Below the pieces are notes generated by a model that saw only the letters and a list, made by a program, of their open reading frames with translations, did no database searches and had not been told where the DNA came from. This document shows positions 32,851 through 48,760 of a stretch of 64,000 nt of DNA, piece after piece. Every line of letters begins with the position of its first letter. The stretch's first letter is position 1. This DNA is from the human T2T-CHM13v2.0 reference genome, Homo sapiens. The position numbers and the translations under genes are program-made. The stretch lies in the NCBI RefSeq assembly GCF_009914755.1, contig NC_060928.1, one strand, 5' to 3'.

Positions 32851-34626
32851 AGGTCACTTTCCAGTGTATGTTGCTAAGATGTTTTGATGTAGTATTTACA
32901 TTATATTTTTTATTGAATAATTCTAAAAAGGTATTCAGTATTTTTATGTCATTTATTAGATGTTTAAAATTTTACAGAAAATTTTTGACAAAAGGTGATT
33001 TTTAATTTTTTCTGTTTTTATTTACATTATGGTTATGGTCTGGTTATGATTCAGGCATATTCATATTCATAATTTTGTAGTAATGAAAACATTTCAAAAT
33101 AGTACCATGAGGGATTGCAGCACTAACAGAGTTAGAGAAACAATGTAAAACACGATCGTTTATAAACAGAAAATGAAAAAATAGATAAATGATGAAAACT
33201 TTAAAAAATATCTTTGGAGTATTCCAACTAGGAGGCCGATGCACCAAGTAGGAATAAGGTATTGCAATCTAGGACCTGGATAATGCTAGTGAAAAGGAAG
33301 GGATTGATAAGGAAGATCGTGAAGGACAACAGCCTGCTTAGCGACTCGCGGAAGATGGGAACAAAGGATCCAAGAGAATGATAGTGCTGGTGCGATCCGC
33401 TGACTTTACAGAGGAGGGAACAGCTGTCAGTTAGTGTAAATCACCTTGATCAAAAGGAGTAAGTATCAAGCACGCATAAATGCAGCTCAAAACACTTTGC
33501 TCAGCGAGGTCATCCCTTCCAGTCTACTGCTGTGTCCCATTGCTGCAGGCTGGTGAGATCAAGTTTAGGGTGTAAAAGAAAAAGCCCTAGCACAGGGACT
33601 TGGGGGCCTTGGTTCAAGTTCTCTTGTGCTGCTAGCTTCCTGATGGAATCCGCACAAGTCATTTTATTTCTCTAGGACTCAGTTGTTTTCATCTTTAGAT
33701 TGAGTGCTCTAGATAATCATAAAGGGTTCTCAATGAAGATACTGAAGGAGTCAGGGGTTATGTAGGAGTTTGGTCTTGGACATCCTGGATTTGGGGCAAG
33801 AGGGGCATAGGAAACTCCTTGTTTGGCATTTCTAAGCTGGGATTCATGCTGTGGAGAGAGAATAACCTGAAGAGAAATATTTGGAAGTTACCATTATAGA
33901 GACAGTAGTTAATAGTCTTCTGTTTCTGCTATTTCCAAGTCAAATATCAGTAAAGCTGATGCTGCCGCATTATTAGAGCAGAACAATGTATTAACAATCT
34001 GAAGTGACTTCCGCTAACTCATTATACCCTCTGCTGTCTCCCCATTAAAGTTCATATGTAGGTGCTTTCAATTTTAAATAATTAAGTTATAATTTAAGTA
34101 CGGATACTTTTTTTTTTTAAGAAAAAATAAGAACAAATTTAGCATTCCTCGTTGTCCTTACTTTTTCTTTTAACTCAGTATGTAGTAACTTATTGGATGT
34201 TACAGGAAGTCGCTCTTGTATTTCTGTGGTCTTTGGAGTTTTGATGTATGGCTGGCAAATAAAAGGCTAATTTATAGAATGGTTCTAGATAGCTGCATTA
34301 AAAATACCTATGTCATTGTTTCTCAGATTGACCTTCCCTTTAATTTATTTCAATAAGAATGTGTTTCCCCCTCCCATAAAAGTCATTAAAGAAAGCCAAA
34401 TTTTTAGCGTTAAAAAATCTCCCCAAAATATAATTGTTGAGTTGTTTTTGGAGATCTTTGCATTTTGGAGGTAGTGTGATCTAGTGAAAATCAGACAAAG
34501 AACCAGAGAAAAGTAAGTTGTAAGTAATTTTGTTTCCAATGTTCTTTCTCCTTATTGCTGCATTCTTTTTTATAAGTGGGAAACTGAAGAAGTTTAAAAG
34601 AAGAATGAACAGATGGACGATCCTAG

Positions 34627-35046
<420 letters not shown>

Positions 35047-35187
35047 TGAATCATAATTGATGTTGTGATGCAAGAGATGATATGCAATTGTGAAAATACT
35101 TTGAGGGTTTAAAGAAAAAATGCCATGTAGCAGATTGGGAGAAATTACCTGATTGTTAACTCTCTGAAACCTTAAGGGGTTAACCGC

Positions 35188-35564
35188 TGTCTCGCTCCAT
35201 TCCTGCTGCTATGACAAAATACCACAAACTGGGTATTTACTATAAAGAAGAGAAATTTATTTCTTACTTATCTGGAGTTTGGGAATCCAGGATCAAGCCT
35301 GCGGCATTCAGTGGCTGGTGAGGGCTGCTCTCCGCTTCCAGAATGGCACCTTCTTATTACATCTCCTGGAGGGGACAAATGCTTGCTGTGTCTTGCATGA
35401 TAGAAGGACATAAGGGCCTAGCTAGTTCTCTCCAGCCCTTCTATAAGGCACCAATTTCATTTCATCCTGGCCTTGTCGTCTCCTACAGGCCCCACCTGAT
35501 AATACTGTAGGGAGTAAGTTTCAACATGAATTTTGGAGGGGACACAAACATTCAAACCACAGCA
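35188..35564 (-). mobile_element. MST/MLT1A-type MaLR LTR
   Basis: tgctgctatgacaaaataccacaaactgggt…tttcaacatgaattttggaggggacacaaacattcaaacc. Confidence 0.85.
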
Positions 35565-36439
35565 GCAGCTAACCGTATTGCCTTTGTTCAGGATGACATA
35601 AGACAACCCGTAGAGCTCTTTACTTTGTATATTTAGGACAGTTCAAAATAAGGCTTTTGAGGCTTCAACACACTCCAGAAAATCCACCCAAAACTGCACG
35701 TTTTAGGTTCACAGTAGATTAGTTTGTCTTAGAGAGAGAAACATTACTCTCCTTAACAAGGTGGAAATTTTTATTTGATTTTTTTCTTGATGGCCTTTTT
35801 CTTTTGGAATTTTGGTCTTTTAAAGAAATTAAGTATGATTTTAAAAATCTTTGGTGCCTCAGCTAGTTTAATTTTAATACAATTAATTCTGGGGAAAATA
35901 ATTGAAATCATAGAACTAAAAAAAAAATTTTTTTTGAGACCAGCTAAGTCAGGTCTTTGTCCTATGGGCAACAAAATTACATTAGGTATAATTAGAGGGA
36001 AAGCTTTTACAGAAAACTTAACAAGTACGAAACAGTTTGAAACAATTAGTCTCTGAAGTTTTAGTTTGCTCGCAAAATTTTCTTTTCCCTGCCCCTATTT
36101 TATCATTCAAACCTGGCCACATGTTTTGACTGAGGCCTAAAATTTACCCACTGATTACATCAGCTGCCTGTTGGTCATAGAATTTGGGGAGCTTAGTGAG
36201 TCTAACTGGCTAATTTCAATGGGCTTTTTTCAGTGTTCATCTTCTTTGACCTTTCTGCGGCATTTGATATTGTTGACTGCTCAGTCTTCTTGAAATTCCA
36301 CTGCCTGGGCTAACGCTCCCTGTCTTATTCTAGTTTTTTGTTGATTTTTCTGCTTATTTTCTTTACTCTATTCAGCTTTTAAATGTTGGAGTTCTTCAGG
36401 GTTTGTTCCTAACTCTTTTATACCTAATTATTTTATACC

Positions 36440-36631
36440 CGTGCTGCCTAATATAATTGCCATTGGCTACATGTTACTATTTAAATTTAAATGAATTAAA
36501 AGTAAGTACAAATTCAGTTCCCCAGTTACATCAGCCACATTTCAAGTACTCAGTAACCACACGTGGCTGCCATATTGGATAGTGCATTATGAATATTTCC
36601 ATCATTACAGAGGTTATGTTGGGTAGCACTG
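36440..36631 (-). mobile_element. MER3/MER33-type hAT-Charlie within L2
   Basis: cagccacatttcaagtactcagtaaccacacgtggct…atattggatagtgc. Confidence 0.75.
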
Positions 36632-36838
36632 CCCTACTCTAATCCTTTCCCTTATCTGTATGCTGAAGACTCCAAATTTCTGTCTGCAGAGATCCTGTAC
36701 CTTTCTACTTAATCTCTGCCATCTCAACAGTTTTGTTTGGATATCTCAAAAGTGGCTCCAAATGAAAATGTCCACATAAAGTCTCACATAGCTGGGCATC
36801 TTCTGTAATTTCTTGCCTCAGTGAATGGCATCATCATC

Positions 36839-37202
36839 TGTCTCAGTCAATTCAGGCTGCTGTCACAAAATGCCACAGACTGGGTGGCTTAAACAACGTT
36901 TATTTCTCACAGTCTAGAGGCTGGGAGGTCCAAGATCAAGGTACTGGCAGATTTGGTGTCTGATGAGGGCCCTCTTGCTGGTTTGCAGATGGCGTCCTTG
37001 CTATATCCTCACGTGGTAGGGTGGAGTGGGGAGAAGGAGAATTCTAGTCTTTCTCTTTGAATAAGGGCTCTAACTCCATCATGGGGCTTCTACCTTCATC
37101 ATCTCATCTAAATGTTTCAAAGTGCCTACCTCCTAATACTGTCTTATTGGAAGTTAACATTTCAGCAGATGAATTTTAGAGGGACACATTCAGTCCATAA
37201 CA
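36839..37202 (-). mobile_element. MLT1A-type MaLR LTR
   Basis: tgtctcagtcaattcaggctgctgtcacaaaatgccacagactgggtggctt…cagtccataaca. Confidence 0.85.
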
Positions 37203-37312
37203 CCATCTGTTCATACAAGCCACAAACCTAAGTCAACCTTGTTGATTCCTTCTCCCTTGTATACTTTATCCAGTCCATTATTATGCAGATGGACCACCTA
37301 CATGTAGCTTAA

Positions 37313-37675
<363 letters not shown>

Positions 37676-38669
37676 TATAGTAACTTCTTAATTGGCCTCC
37701 TAGCATACATTTCTTTCTGTCTATGAAAAAATAATATATTTTTCATACTGAAGTCATGTGATTTTTTTTAAAAAAATACATAGCTTATGTCACCTTTGTA
37801 TTTAAAACTCATCATTGTCTTCCCATTTTTCTTATAATGAAGACGCTTGACATGATCTACAAGGTCTTGCTTCCTCTGGTCACTGGCTGTATTTTCAGCT
37901 TCATCTCCTGCCCTTCCACCCTGTCTCTCTGCATTCCAGCCACATTAACTTTTCTATTTCCTGAACTCACCCTGATTCCTTGTGCCTTGTATTCTTTGCA
38001 CATTCTGTTTCTTCTTCTTGAAGTGCTACCCTACTCTCGATATCACTCTGTCTAGATAACTCCTCCTTATTCATTATAGTTTATATCTACTGTCTCTTTC
38101 TTCATTGTTCACAGCCCTCCCTCCCTGGATCCTGGATAAACAAGAGCTCTTGAGTGCTGTTAGATCCGTCATGGCAGTAGAGAATGTACTCTGGAGGAAA
38201 TCTTATCCACCAGAAGTGGGTTTTCAGTTACTCAACCTTTCTTGAGTACCATTGTGTATTAGGTACAGCAGTACCCTCAGATCATGGTCAACACACATGC
38301 AAAACGACAGTGCAACTTGATAAATGCAGTGAGAATTGTGTGTTCAGGATTTAGCAGTGGCACAGATGTGTGGGGTGGTCAGCCCTACCTGGAGCAGAGG
38401 TCAAGAAAGACTTCTTTTTCAGAGTAACGCTGAGTTGAGTCATAAAGGCGAGAGGCTCTCATTCATTCCCTCTGGGCTTGTCAGGGGATATGGGTGGATG
38501 GCGGCACATGCGCATAGAAAAAGAGAATCGTGAAGCAGCCTTGTGCACGTAGGTAGGTCAGATGAGATCATGTGCTCGTGCTTGATATGCAGTGGAGAGA
38601 TGAGATTAATAGACAAGGCCTAAAGGGCCTGGGAGTTATCCTAGAAAGCCTGGACGTAATGCTGTAGAG

Positions 38670-38858
38670 CAGTGGTTCTCAAGCTATGGTGCACGTCAGC
38701 CTCACTGGAGAGCTTGTTAAAACGCAGATTGCTCACCCCCAACCCCTACCAAAAGCTTCTGGTTCTGTAGATCTCGAGTGCGCCCCAGAGTTTGCATTAC
38801 CGACTGGTTCCCTGATGATGCTTGTGCTGCCTGTCCAGGAATCACACTGAGAACCACT
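38670..38858. mobile_element. MER5A
   Basis: Inverted termini CAGTGGTTCTCA…TGAGAACCACTG, ~190 bp. Confidence 0.88.
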
Positions 38859-39450
38859 GCTGCAGATGATACAGAGCCACTGATATATTCATATTTGCCT
38901 TTTAGTACCCAACTACCTAGCTTTTTATTTAGAACTAGACAGAACAGCTAGAGTAGTTGAGAAATGGTCTATTAAAATAAGCTGGCCAAGTGTAGGAATT
39001 CTAGTAGCTATGGGACATAAACCAGGTTTCCCCTGCAGTTTGATGTGAATGAGCCCAGCATATCTCCCTTTAAAGCTTTCTTTTTTGCTGTTCTGAATCC
39101 TGACATGTTATCAAGCATATTTAAGGTGATTCAAGAGTCATGTTCATTCAGCTTACTACAGCAAAGAACATGAGGTTGATTTGAGTACATTGGAAACTGC
39201 TGTGTATAAATAGTACACACTTGGGAGTGATACACTCAGGGTACAGATGAGGAGGTTTCGCCTTTTTATTCATTTTTAAAAATTGTATATCTTACCCAAG
39301 TGTAATTAGAGTTTTTAAAGTGTTGTAACTAAGTAGTTTTAGAATTTGTCAATTAGAACTGTAGAATATGTTGAATATGTATGTGTACATACACAAACAC
39401 ATAGACACTGTTACTTGCTGATAAGAATCATAACAATGTCCACTAGGAAA

Positions 39451-39754
39451 TTTTTTTTTTTTTTGAGGTGGAGCCTCGCTCTGTCGCCCAGGCCGGAGTG
39501 CGATGGCACGATCTCAGCTCACTGGACCTCTGCCTCCAGGGTTCCAGCGATTCTCCTGCCTCATTCTTCCAAGTAGCTGGGATTACAGGCGCCTGCCCCC
39601 ACACCCAGCTATTTTTTTTTTTTTTTTGTATTTTTAGTAGAGATGGGGTTTCATCATGCTGGCCAAACTGGTCTTGAATTCCTGACCTCAAGTGATCCAC
39701 CCGCCTCAGCCTCCCAAATGCTGGGATTACAGGTGTGAGCCACCGCGCCTGGCC
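39451..39754 (-). mobile_element. AluS
   Basis: Reverse Alu dimer. Confidence 0.9.
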
Positions 39755-40106
39755 ACGAATTCTTTTTTTAATGATGTTATGTAGCTTCTTTGTCCATTCT
39801 AGAATTTAAAGGTGTCCCTGCCTGAAAAAAGAGAGCTAGCTAATTATGGACTCTTGTGGACTTCTCCGGGTCTTTTCTAAAGTTTTGATGTGATCTGATT
39901 TTCTAACATTGCAGTGAAGTGATACAAACAATTCCACATTTATGAATGACCTAAACTCATAGAATGTCCTGCTATGGTTTGAATATTTATGTCCCCCCAA
40001 ATTCATATGTTGAAACCTAATCACCAAGGTGATGGTATTACAAAGTGGAACCTTTGGGAGGTGATTAGGTCATGAGGGTTTCACCTTCATGCATGGGATT
40101 AATGCC

Positions 40107-41879
<1,773 letters not shown>

Positions 41880-42669
41880 GTGCCCTTATAAAAGAGGCCT
41901 CAGAGACTGCCTTGCACCTTCTGCCATGTGAGGATGTGGTGCGGAGACGCCGACTCTGCCAGCACCTTGCTTGTGGACTTCCAGCCTCCAGAGCTGTGCG
42001 GAGTAAATGTCTGTTGTTCGAAAGCCATGCAGTCTGTGGTGTTCTGTTAGAGCCAACCACCTCTCAGGCTGTTTCCCTGCCATTGCCCCAAGGGCTCTTG
42101 CGAGGGTTCCTCCCTGCCCAGTCCTTGAACCTCCAGCACTACCTCCAGTGCCTGCTGTCCCTTCCCCACTGTCACCACCTGGCCCCCACTCATTCCCTGC
42201 CTGAAGGTCTGTGGGCTCGGGCACTTCCATTGCACTCACTATAGTCTCATGAGTTTATAACCAACTCTACTCACCCTCTCTCCCCAAGAAGAACTTTAGT
42301 CCTCGTAGACTCTAACACCTGCATTTTATAACAAATAAAGCTCATGTCCAGAGATGTTAAACAACTGACCTGGTTTGAATAGAGCTAGTTAGTCACACAC
42401 AAATCCGAAACTTGAGCCCAAGTCTCCTGAGTTTCGTCCTGGGCTCCTGCTCACAACAAGCATTGTATGGGTCAGATCTGAGTTCCGGGTGTATATCTCA
42501 AATCTGCTCAGCTCACAGTGCTGATTTGGGAACGGGGTTCTGCTTGTAATTTTATATGTGGATTTAATTGCTATATTATTCCTTTAAAAACATATTGCAA
42601 GCCTGTTGGAGGGCCTTAAACCAAGGGGAGTGCTAGGAGTTCCAGCACCAAGACATTAAACGAAGGTGC

Positions 42670-43066
<397 letters not shown>

Positions 43067-43437
43067 TCAACTCCTGTACGATTTCTGCTATTCCTCAAAT
43101 ATACTCTCCACTGAAGTGGAGTGACACGTTAGACTATGAAATCTCAGGTGTTTAGAGTGGTAAGAGAAGCCCATTTGTTCTTTTCAAAAAAGGACATACC
43201 AGCCTCAGGTTGAAAAGTAAGGCAAATATTTTTTTGAGTTCCTTAGCAACTGTTGAGGTGATTTCTAGATAATTTTGAAGAAGTCTGTGATGATTGGTAA
43301 CTACTGAGAATTGCTGCCAGCTTTGTGTTAAGAGGTCAAGTACCATTTCTCACTTCAAATCTTGACTAGTCCCTAAGTAAATATATACCTGTTTCTTGAA
43401 CCCTTCCATCAAGAGGATTTAGTAAAACTTCTGTTTA

Positions 43438-44077
43438 CTTATTTATATTTTAGAGACATGTTCTCACTCTGTCACCCAGGCTGGAACATAGAGACGTGAT
43501 CATAGCTCACTGTAACCTCAAACTCCTGGCTTTAGTGATCACGGCTCACTGCAGCCTCGACCTGCTGGGCTCAAGTGATCCTTCTGCCTCAGCCTCCTGA
43601 GTAGCTAGGACTACAGGTGCATGCCACCACGCCTGGCTAATTTTTAAACTTATTTTGTTTTTTTGAGATGGAGTTTTGCTCTTGTTGCCCAGACTGGAGT
43701 GAAATGGCGCATCTCGGCTCACCTCAACCTCCACCTCCTGGGTTCAAGCAATTCCCCTGGCTCAGCCTCTCGAGTAGCTGGGATTACAGGCATGCGCCAC
43801 CATGCCCGGCTAATTTAGTGTTTTTAGTAGAGAAGGGGTTTCTCCATGTTGATCAGACTGGTCTCCAACTCCCAGCCTCATGTGATCTGCCTGCCCCAGC
43901 CTCCCAAAGTGCTGGAATTACAGGCGTGAGCCACCACACCGGGCCTAAATTTTTTTTTATAGAGACAGAGTCTTGCTGTGTTGCCCAAGCTGGTTTTAAA
44001 CTCCTGGCCTCAAGCCATCCTCCCACTTCAGCCCTGCACAGTGCTGGTATTACAGGCATGAGCCACCACATCCAGCC
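43438..44077 (-). mobile_element. Alu cluster: AluJ pieces with an AluSp/Sq inserted in the linker
   Basis: J-type arms at ~43440-43645 and 43950-44077 flank a full AluS (~43655-43945). Confidence 0.85.
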
Positions 44078-44379
44078 TAAAACTTTTATTTGAATATACA
44101 AGAAAGATTCAACAGCTGGTTAGTCTGTCAGTGCACATACAGTTGATTGGAGAACCAGCATTTTCTAGGGAGGAAGTCTCTATTCCATATGTCGATTGCC
44201 TGCATTTCACGAGAAGACCTGAGCATCCTGGGCAGAGGAGAGAAGAGAGCCCATGTTGAGGAGTGAGGGAAGGGGAAGGAGGGTGCGGCCTTGTCCTCTG
44301 TTTGCTCTAACCTTCTTGTTAGAGGAGCAGGTTGTACCTCTGTATCAGCACTGCTAAGTGGGGCCAGGTGGAGGGTAGG

Positions 44380-44583
44380 AGGTGGCAGTTTTGCTCCCCA
44401 GGGGACATGTGACAATAGTCTGGAGACATTTTTGGTTGTCGTCTTTGGGGGAAGGGATGCTACTGGCATCTAGTGGTAGAGGCTAGGCATGCTGCTAAAC
44501 ATCCTGCAGTACACAGGACAGCCCCCCACAGCTGAGAACTACCCTGTCCAAAATGTCAGTAGTGCTGAGGTTGAGAAACCCTG
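44380..44583 (-). mobile_element. MER20
   Basis: ccccaggggacat…ctggagacatttttggttgtc…gctgaggttgagaaaccctg. Confidence 0.85.
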
Positions 44584-45113
44584 CCCTGTATTATCCATTA
44601 AATCCCTCAGTGAGTCTGCTGAGGATGCTGCCATTATGATATGCCCTGGAACATGATAGCATGTTATGAGGGAAGGAAAATATTCTACTGTTGGTGTTTT
44701 TCTTTTTTTATACCTGAAAAGCACAGTGGTGCCATTTTAATCCAGTTGTACTATTTCTGGAGTCATGAGTTTGCACTTTAAGTTACTTTGCTCTCTGCTG
44801 CCTCATTAGAAATAGCATCTAACAGTTGTCGTTAGATGTTGCTGTTTTTGTTTTACTGCAAGCCACTTCACTTGCTTAAGGAAGAATTATATCATGGGCA
44901 GGGGATTTATAGCGAAAAGCATTTCTGTGATGTTATTCGTAAGTCTGTTGTAATGTCTTTGTAGCCAAAAGGGTTTACCTAATGTCTAATATAAATGTCT
45001 TTTTCACCAAATGAACCCAAATTCACCCATTTCCTTTTGCTCTGATCTCAGTAGAACCTAGACTATCTAGACGGAAAAACAGTAAATATTTGAACTAATT
45101 GCTTTGGAATATT

Positions 45114-45193
45114 ATAGGTTAGTGCGAAAGTAATCACTTTTTTTGCCATTAAAAGTAATGGCGAAACCCGTGATTACTTTTGCACTAACCTAA
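45114..45193. mobile_element. MADE1 MITE (Hsmar1-derived, 80-bp palindrome)
   Basis: TAGGTTAGTGCGAAAGTAATC…GCCATTA AAAG TAATGGC…GATTACTTTTGCACTAACCTAA. Confidence 0.92.
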
Positions 45194-47059
45194 CATCATG
45201 TGTGTGTTCATCTTGGCACCAGTTTAAAGACACACTGCCATCCGGTGTTTCACTGGCCACTTCTTTTTAAAGCTAGATTAAATGTTGTGTGATTAACCCA
45301 GTTTCTAACAATGCACAGTGTTACTACTTAACACTCTATAGAGAAACAGCCACATAACTCTGGCATGAGCTGGGTCACGGGGTGTTGTCACACACCCACT
45401 CGCCTATACTTTTCTTGATGTGAATATTTCTTGGATGAATGGGTTTTAAGGCCACAAAGAAATGTATTCATCTGCATCACTGGATTTACAAGGATTTTTG
45501 CATGCCAGCAGCATGGGATGCATGAGCTCCACGTTAGTCATTTAGCTCTGAATGTGGCATTCGCTTTCTGAGGCAAAAATAAACAGAACCATCTAAGCAA
45601 CAAGCTGCTGTTGCATTTGTTAGCAACAAGCTTTGTGATCAGACAATGGCATTGTATGGCCCATTATCAAACAGAACGCATTCACGTGAGCAAGCCACAT
45701 TTAAGCGGAGCACCAAAACATTCTTCCCAGCCTTGCAGCTGGGTTTTAGGGAAGGGTTATTCTCTTTCTTACTTCTCTTTGGAATTTTCTTCTAGGTTTT
45801 GTCCTTTTAGAAAGGCGTTTTAAGCTCTCTTTGGGTAAAAAGAATGTAATGGTTGGTAAATGGGTGTCAGTTTTCTCCTATATTTCTCTCTCTTTATTAA
45901 CATGTTTTAACCCCAAATTAAAATTGAGGTCTAGGTTTGTTTTATAAATAAGAGGCAACTTTAGTCCCAGAATTTTTAGATTAACTTAAACATTATACAC
46001 AAACTATGAAGTTTAAGGATATATATTTTAAAAGTAAAAGTTTTCTTGAAAAATTAGGTCTTCCAAGCTTGCATTTCCTTAGGTACACTCACAAAACATC
46101 TTAGTTTGCAATAGACTAATTTTGGGGCAAACTACATTTACCTTCATCCTCCCACAAAGGAGTCTCTGAAATACTATTTTTTTCCTGTTGAGATAAATGC
46201 TAAATTAGTGAGTTCTTTAGGCAGGTCCTGACTGTTGGCCAAGTATAACACAAGTTCAGAAACCATTATTGAAGTAAATGAAAATGGGATGAAAAGATGT
46301 CTGATAATACCTGACAGATCATCTTGAACAAGTCCATGTATTGACCTGAGGCCTGCCTGTGGCCCTTTGTGTTAAGTACCGGAAAAGCTGCTTCTGATAA
46401 AAACGTATTATGGTGCTGTGTCTAAGTTTTTTCAGCTAATTTTGCAGCCTCCCTGAGTGCTATGTTATACATTTGACTAATTGGGACCTGAGATGGGTAA
46501 TGACCATCCTAGGGAACCGGATGGAGGTCTCCAGCTGGGAGGATGTGCAAACCATTACTTAGACTGCACTCGTGGGAACCAAGAGACAAAACACAAATGC
46601 TCTTTTATCATTGGTAGTTTCATATCTAAGCGAGGTATGTGCTGACTCACCTCCAGAGAGTGTGCTCTCACCTGTCCAGATATGTAGTTCCCATGCCTAG
46701 GGAGGAGCATTCTGTTTCTCTAGCGGTCCTCTGGGCCCTGAGCATTCCTGGCAGTCCTGCTGAGCTCTCTTTGCATGAGAGATTCCACACTTGCCCCTTT
46801 ACCTCAGGCCTCTGATCACTCAGTCTTTTACCCCCTCACTCCACACAGACGACTTTGCTCTCTACTTGGACAAAACTGAATCCATATAAAGGGAACTACT
46901 CTGGCATCCAGCTATGTCTGCAAACTTCCTCATATCCAATGTCCACCTGCTCTGCCTTCCATGTTACTACAGTGGAGGAGGTAGCCTTTCTCCAAAGCTG
47001 ATCTCTGATCTCTTCACCTGTCTTCTGGATTCCATTCCTTGTCTGTCACCTTTCTCAAC

Positions 47060-47348
47060 TTTTATTTATTTATTTATTTTGCTCTGCTGCTCAAGCTGGA
47101 GTACAGGATCATCACTCACTGCAACCTCAAATTCCTGGACTCAAGTGAACCTCCCTCCTCAGCCTCCTGAGTATCTGGAACTATAGGCATGCACTGCCAC
47201 ACCTAGCTAAGTTTTTAAAAAACTTCTTGTAGAGATGGGGTTTAGTTATATTGCCCAGGCTGGTCTCAAGCACCTACCCTCAAGTGACCCTGCTGCCTCA
47301 GCCTCCCAAAGTGCTGGCATTACAGGTGGGGGCCACCACGCCGGGCCC
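47060..47348 (-). mobile_element. AluJ within L2 remnants
   Basis: Diverged reverse Alu. Confidence 0.85.
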
Positions 47349-48206
47349 ACACCTCTCTTTACTTTTAACTGATTTCTTCTCCTCAGCATTAAAACCAGTT
47401 CAGTTCTCTCTCACTTAAAACAAAAACATGCCTTCCCTCACCCCAACCCTTGCCTTCAGGTATATATACACAGCCAGCCCATTCTCCACAAGCTGTAATA
47501 CTCAAATGTTTAGTCATTTTTAAAAATTAATTTTTATGAGTTTTTTGCTTTTGCTTTAAATGATATGTCAACTTGAGAAAACATTGTTACTGGTTTTAAA
47601 TTTGAAAAAATATTTGCTTGACGTGGCATAACTTGTAAGTAACAGAGCCGGGATTCTAACCTAACTCTGATTGCAGACTCTTCTGAAAACTCTCCACTGG
47701 ATTTGACCTGGGGGTCCCTAGTGATCTTGGCAACAGCAGATTTGGTGGAGGGAGCGTTAGAAGCCAGATAGGAGTCCTTGAAGAGTAGGAGTTGAGGATG
47801 CTCACCCTCTTTCTTTCTTCCTCAGCCCCAAATTCTAGAAAGAACACAATACCTGATACATATTAGCAAAATGTACCATTTGAGAGTTCATTGATCCATT
47901 CAACTCCTGTTTAATGAGCGTCTCCTTTGCTGCCAGGCACTGTTGTAGGTGCTGGGGATATAGCAGTGTATACATAGATAAACACCTACTTTTATGAGGA
48001 TATATTTACGATCTCCCTTGTCAGCTTCTCTTCCCCCTTACTCTTAAGAGTAAGGTTTATCTCAGTTGTGTCTAGGATTATTTGTTTCCTCCTGGGTTGT
48101 CTCACACACTCCCATGATGTCATTTACTATCCCAGAGCTGAATGTTTCCGAACTCTAGACCTTCTCTCTCCACCTAGGTAGCTCAGAAGCCCGCAGACTC
48201 ATTTTG

Positions 48207-48760
48207 CCTGTTTGGTTGTCTTTTACTGTGTAACAAACTACCCTAAAACATAGTGTCTTTAACAACAGCCATTTATTTTGCTCATGAAGCTGCAATCTGG
48301 GCAGGGTTTGGAAGTAATGACTCTTCTCTGTGTCACGTGACGTCAGCTGGAGTGGCTTGACTGGGGTGGGACGGTTTACTTTCAGGATGGTGTACTCACA
48401 CGGTGCCTCATTGGTGCTGAATATGAGCTTGAGATCTCAGCCAGAGCTGTGGTTCGGGGAGCCTCGGTTCCTCTCCATATAGATCTCTCCAAGGACTGAT
48501 GGCTTAGGCTTCCTCAAAGCATGGAAGCCTCGGGGCAGGTGAGCCACTTACATAGTGACCCAGAGCTCCAAGCCCTTGGTCTTTTATGATCTAGCCTTGG
48601 AAGTCATAGCATCACTTTCGTCATATTCGTAACCCCAACCAGATTCAAGAAAAGGAAACATATTCTACTTTGCAGAGGCAGATTGTCAGAGGGACATCGT
48701 AAAAAGAGCATGTGAGATGGAAGACATTGCAGCCGTTTTTGGAAAATATCACCTGCCATA
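48207..48760 (-). mobile_element. MLT1 (F/G/H-like) MaLR LTR
   Basis: gtgtaacaaactaccctaaaacatagtgtc…tttgctcatgaagctgcaatctgggcagggtttg…cagccgtttttggaaaatatcacctgcca. Confidence 0.75.

Noticed and set aside
33335-33405. Small CpG cluster as a CpG island or promoter
   Set aside because: Only a few CpGs over <100 bp. No CpG island is visible anywhere in the window.
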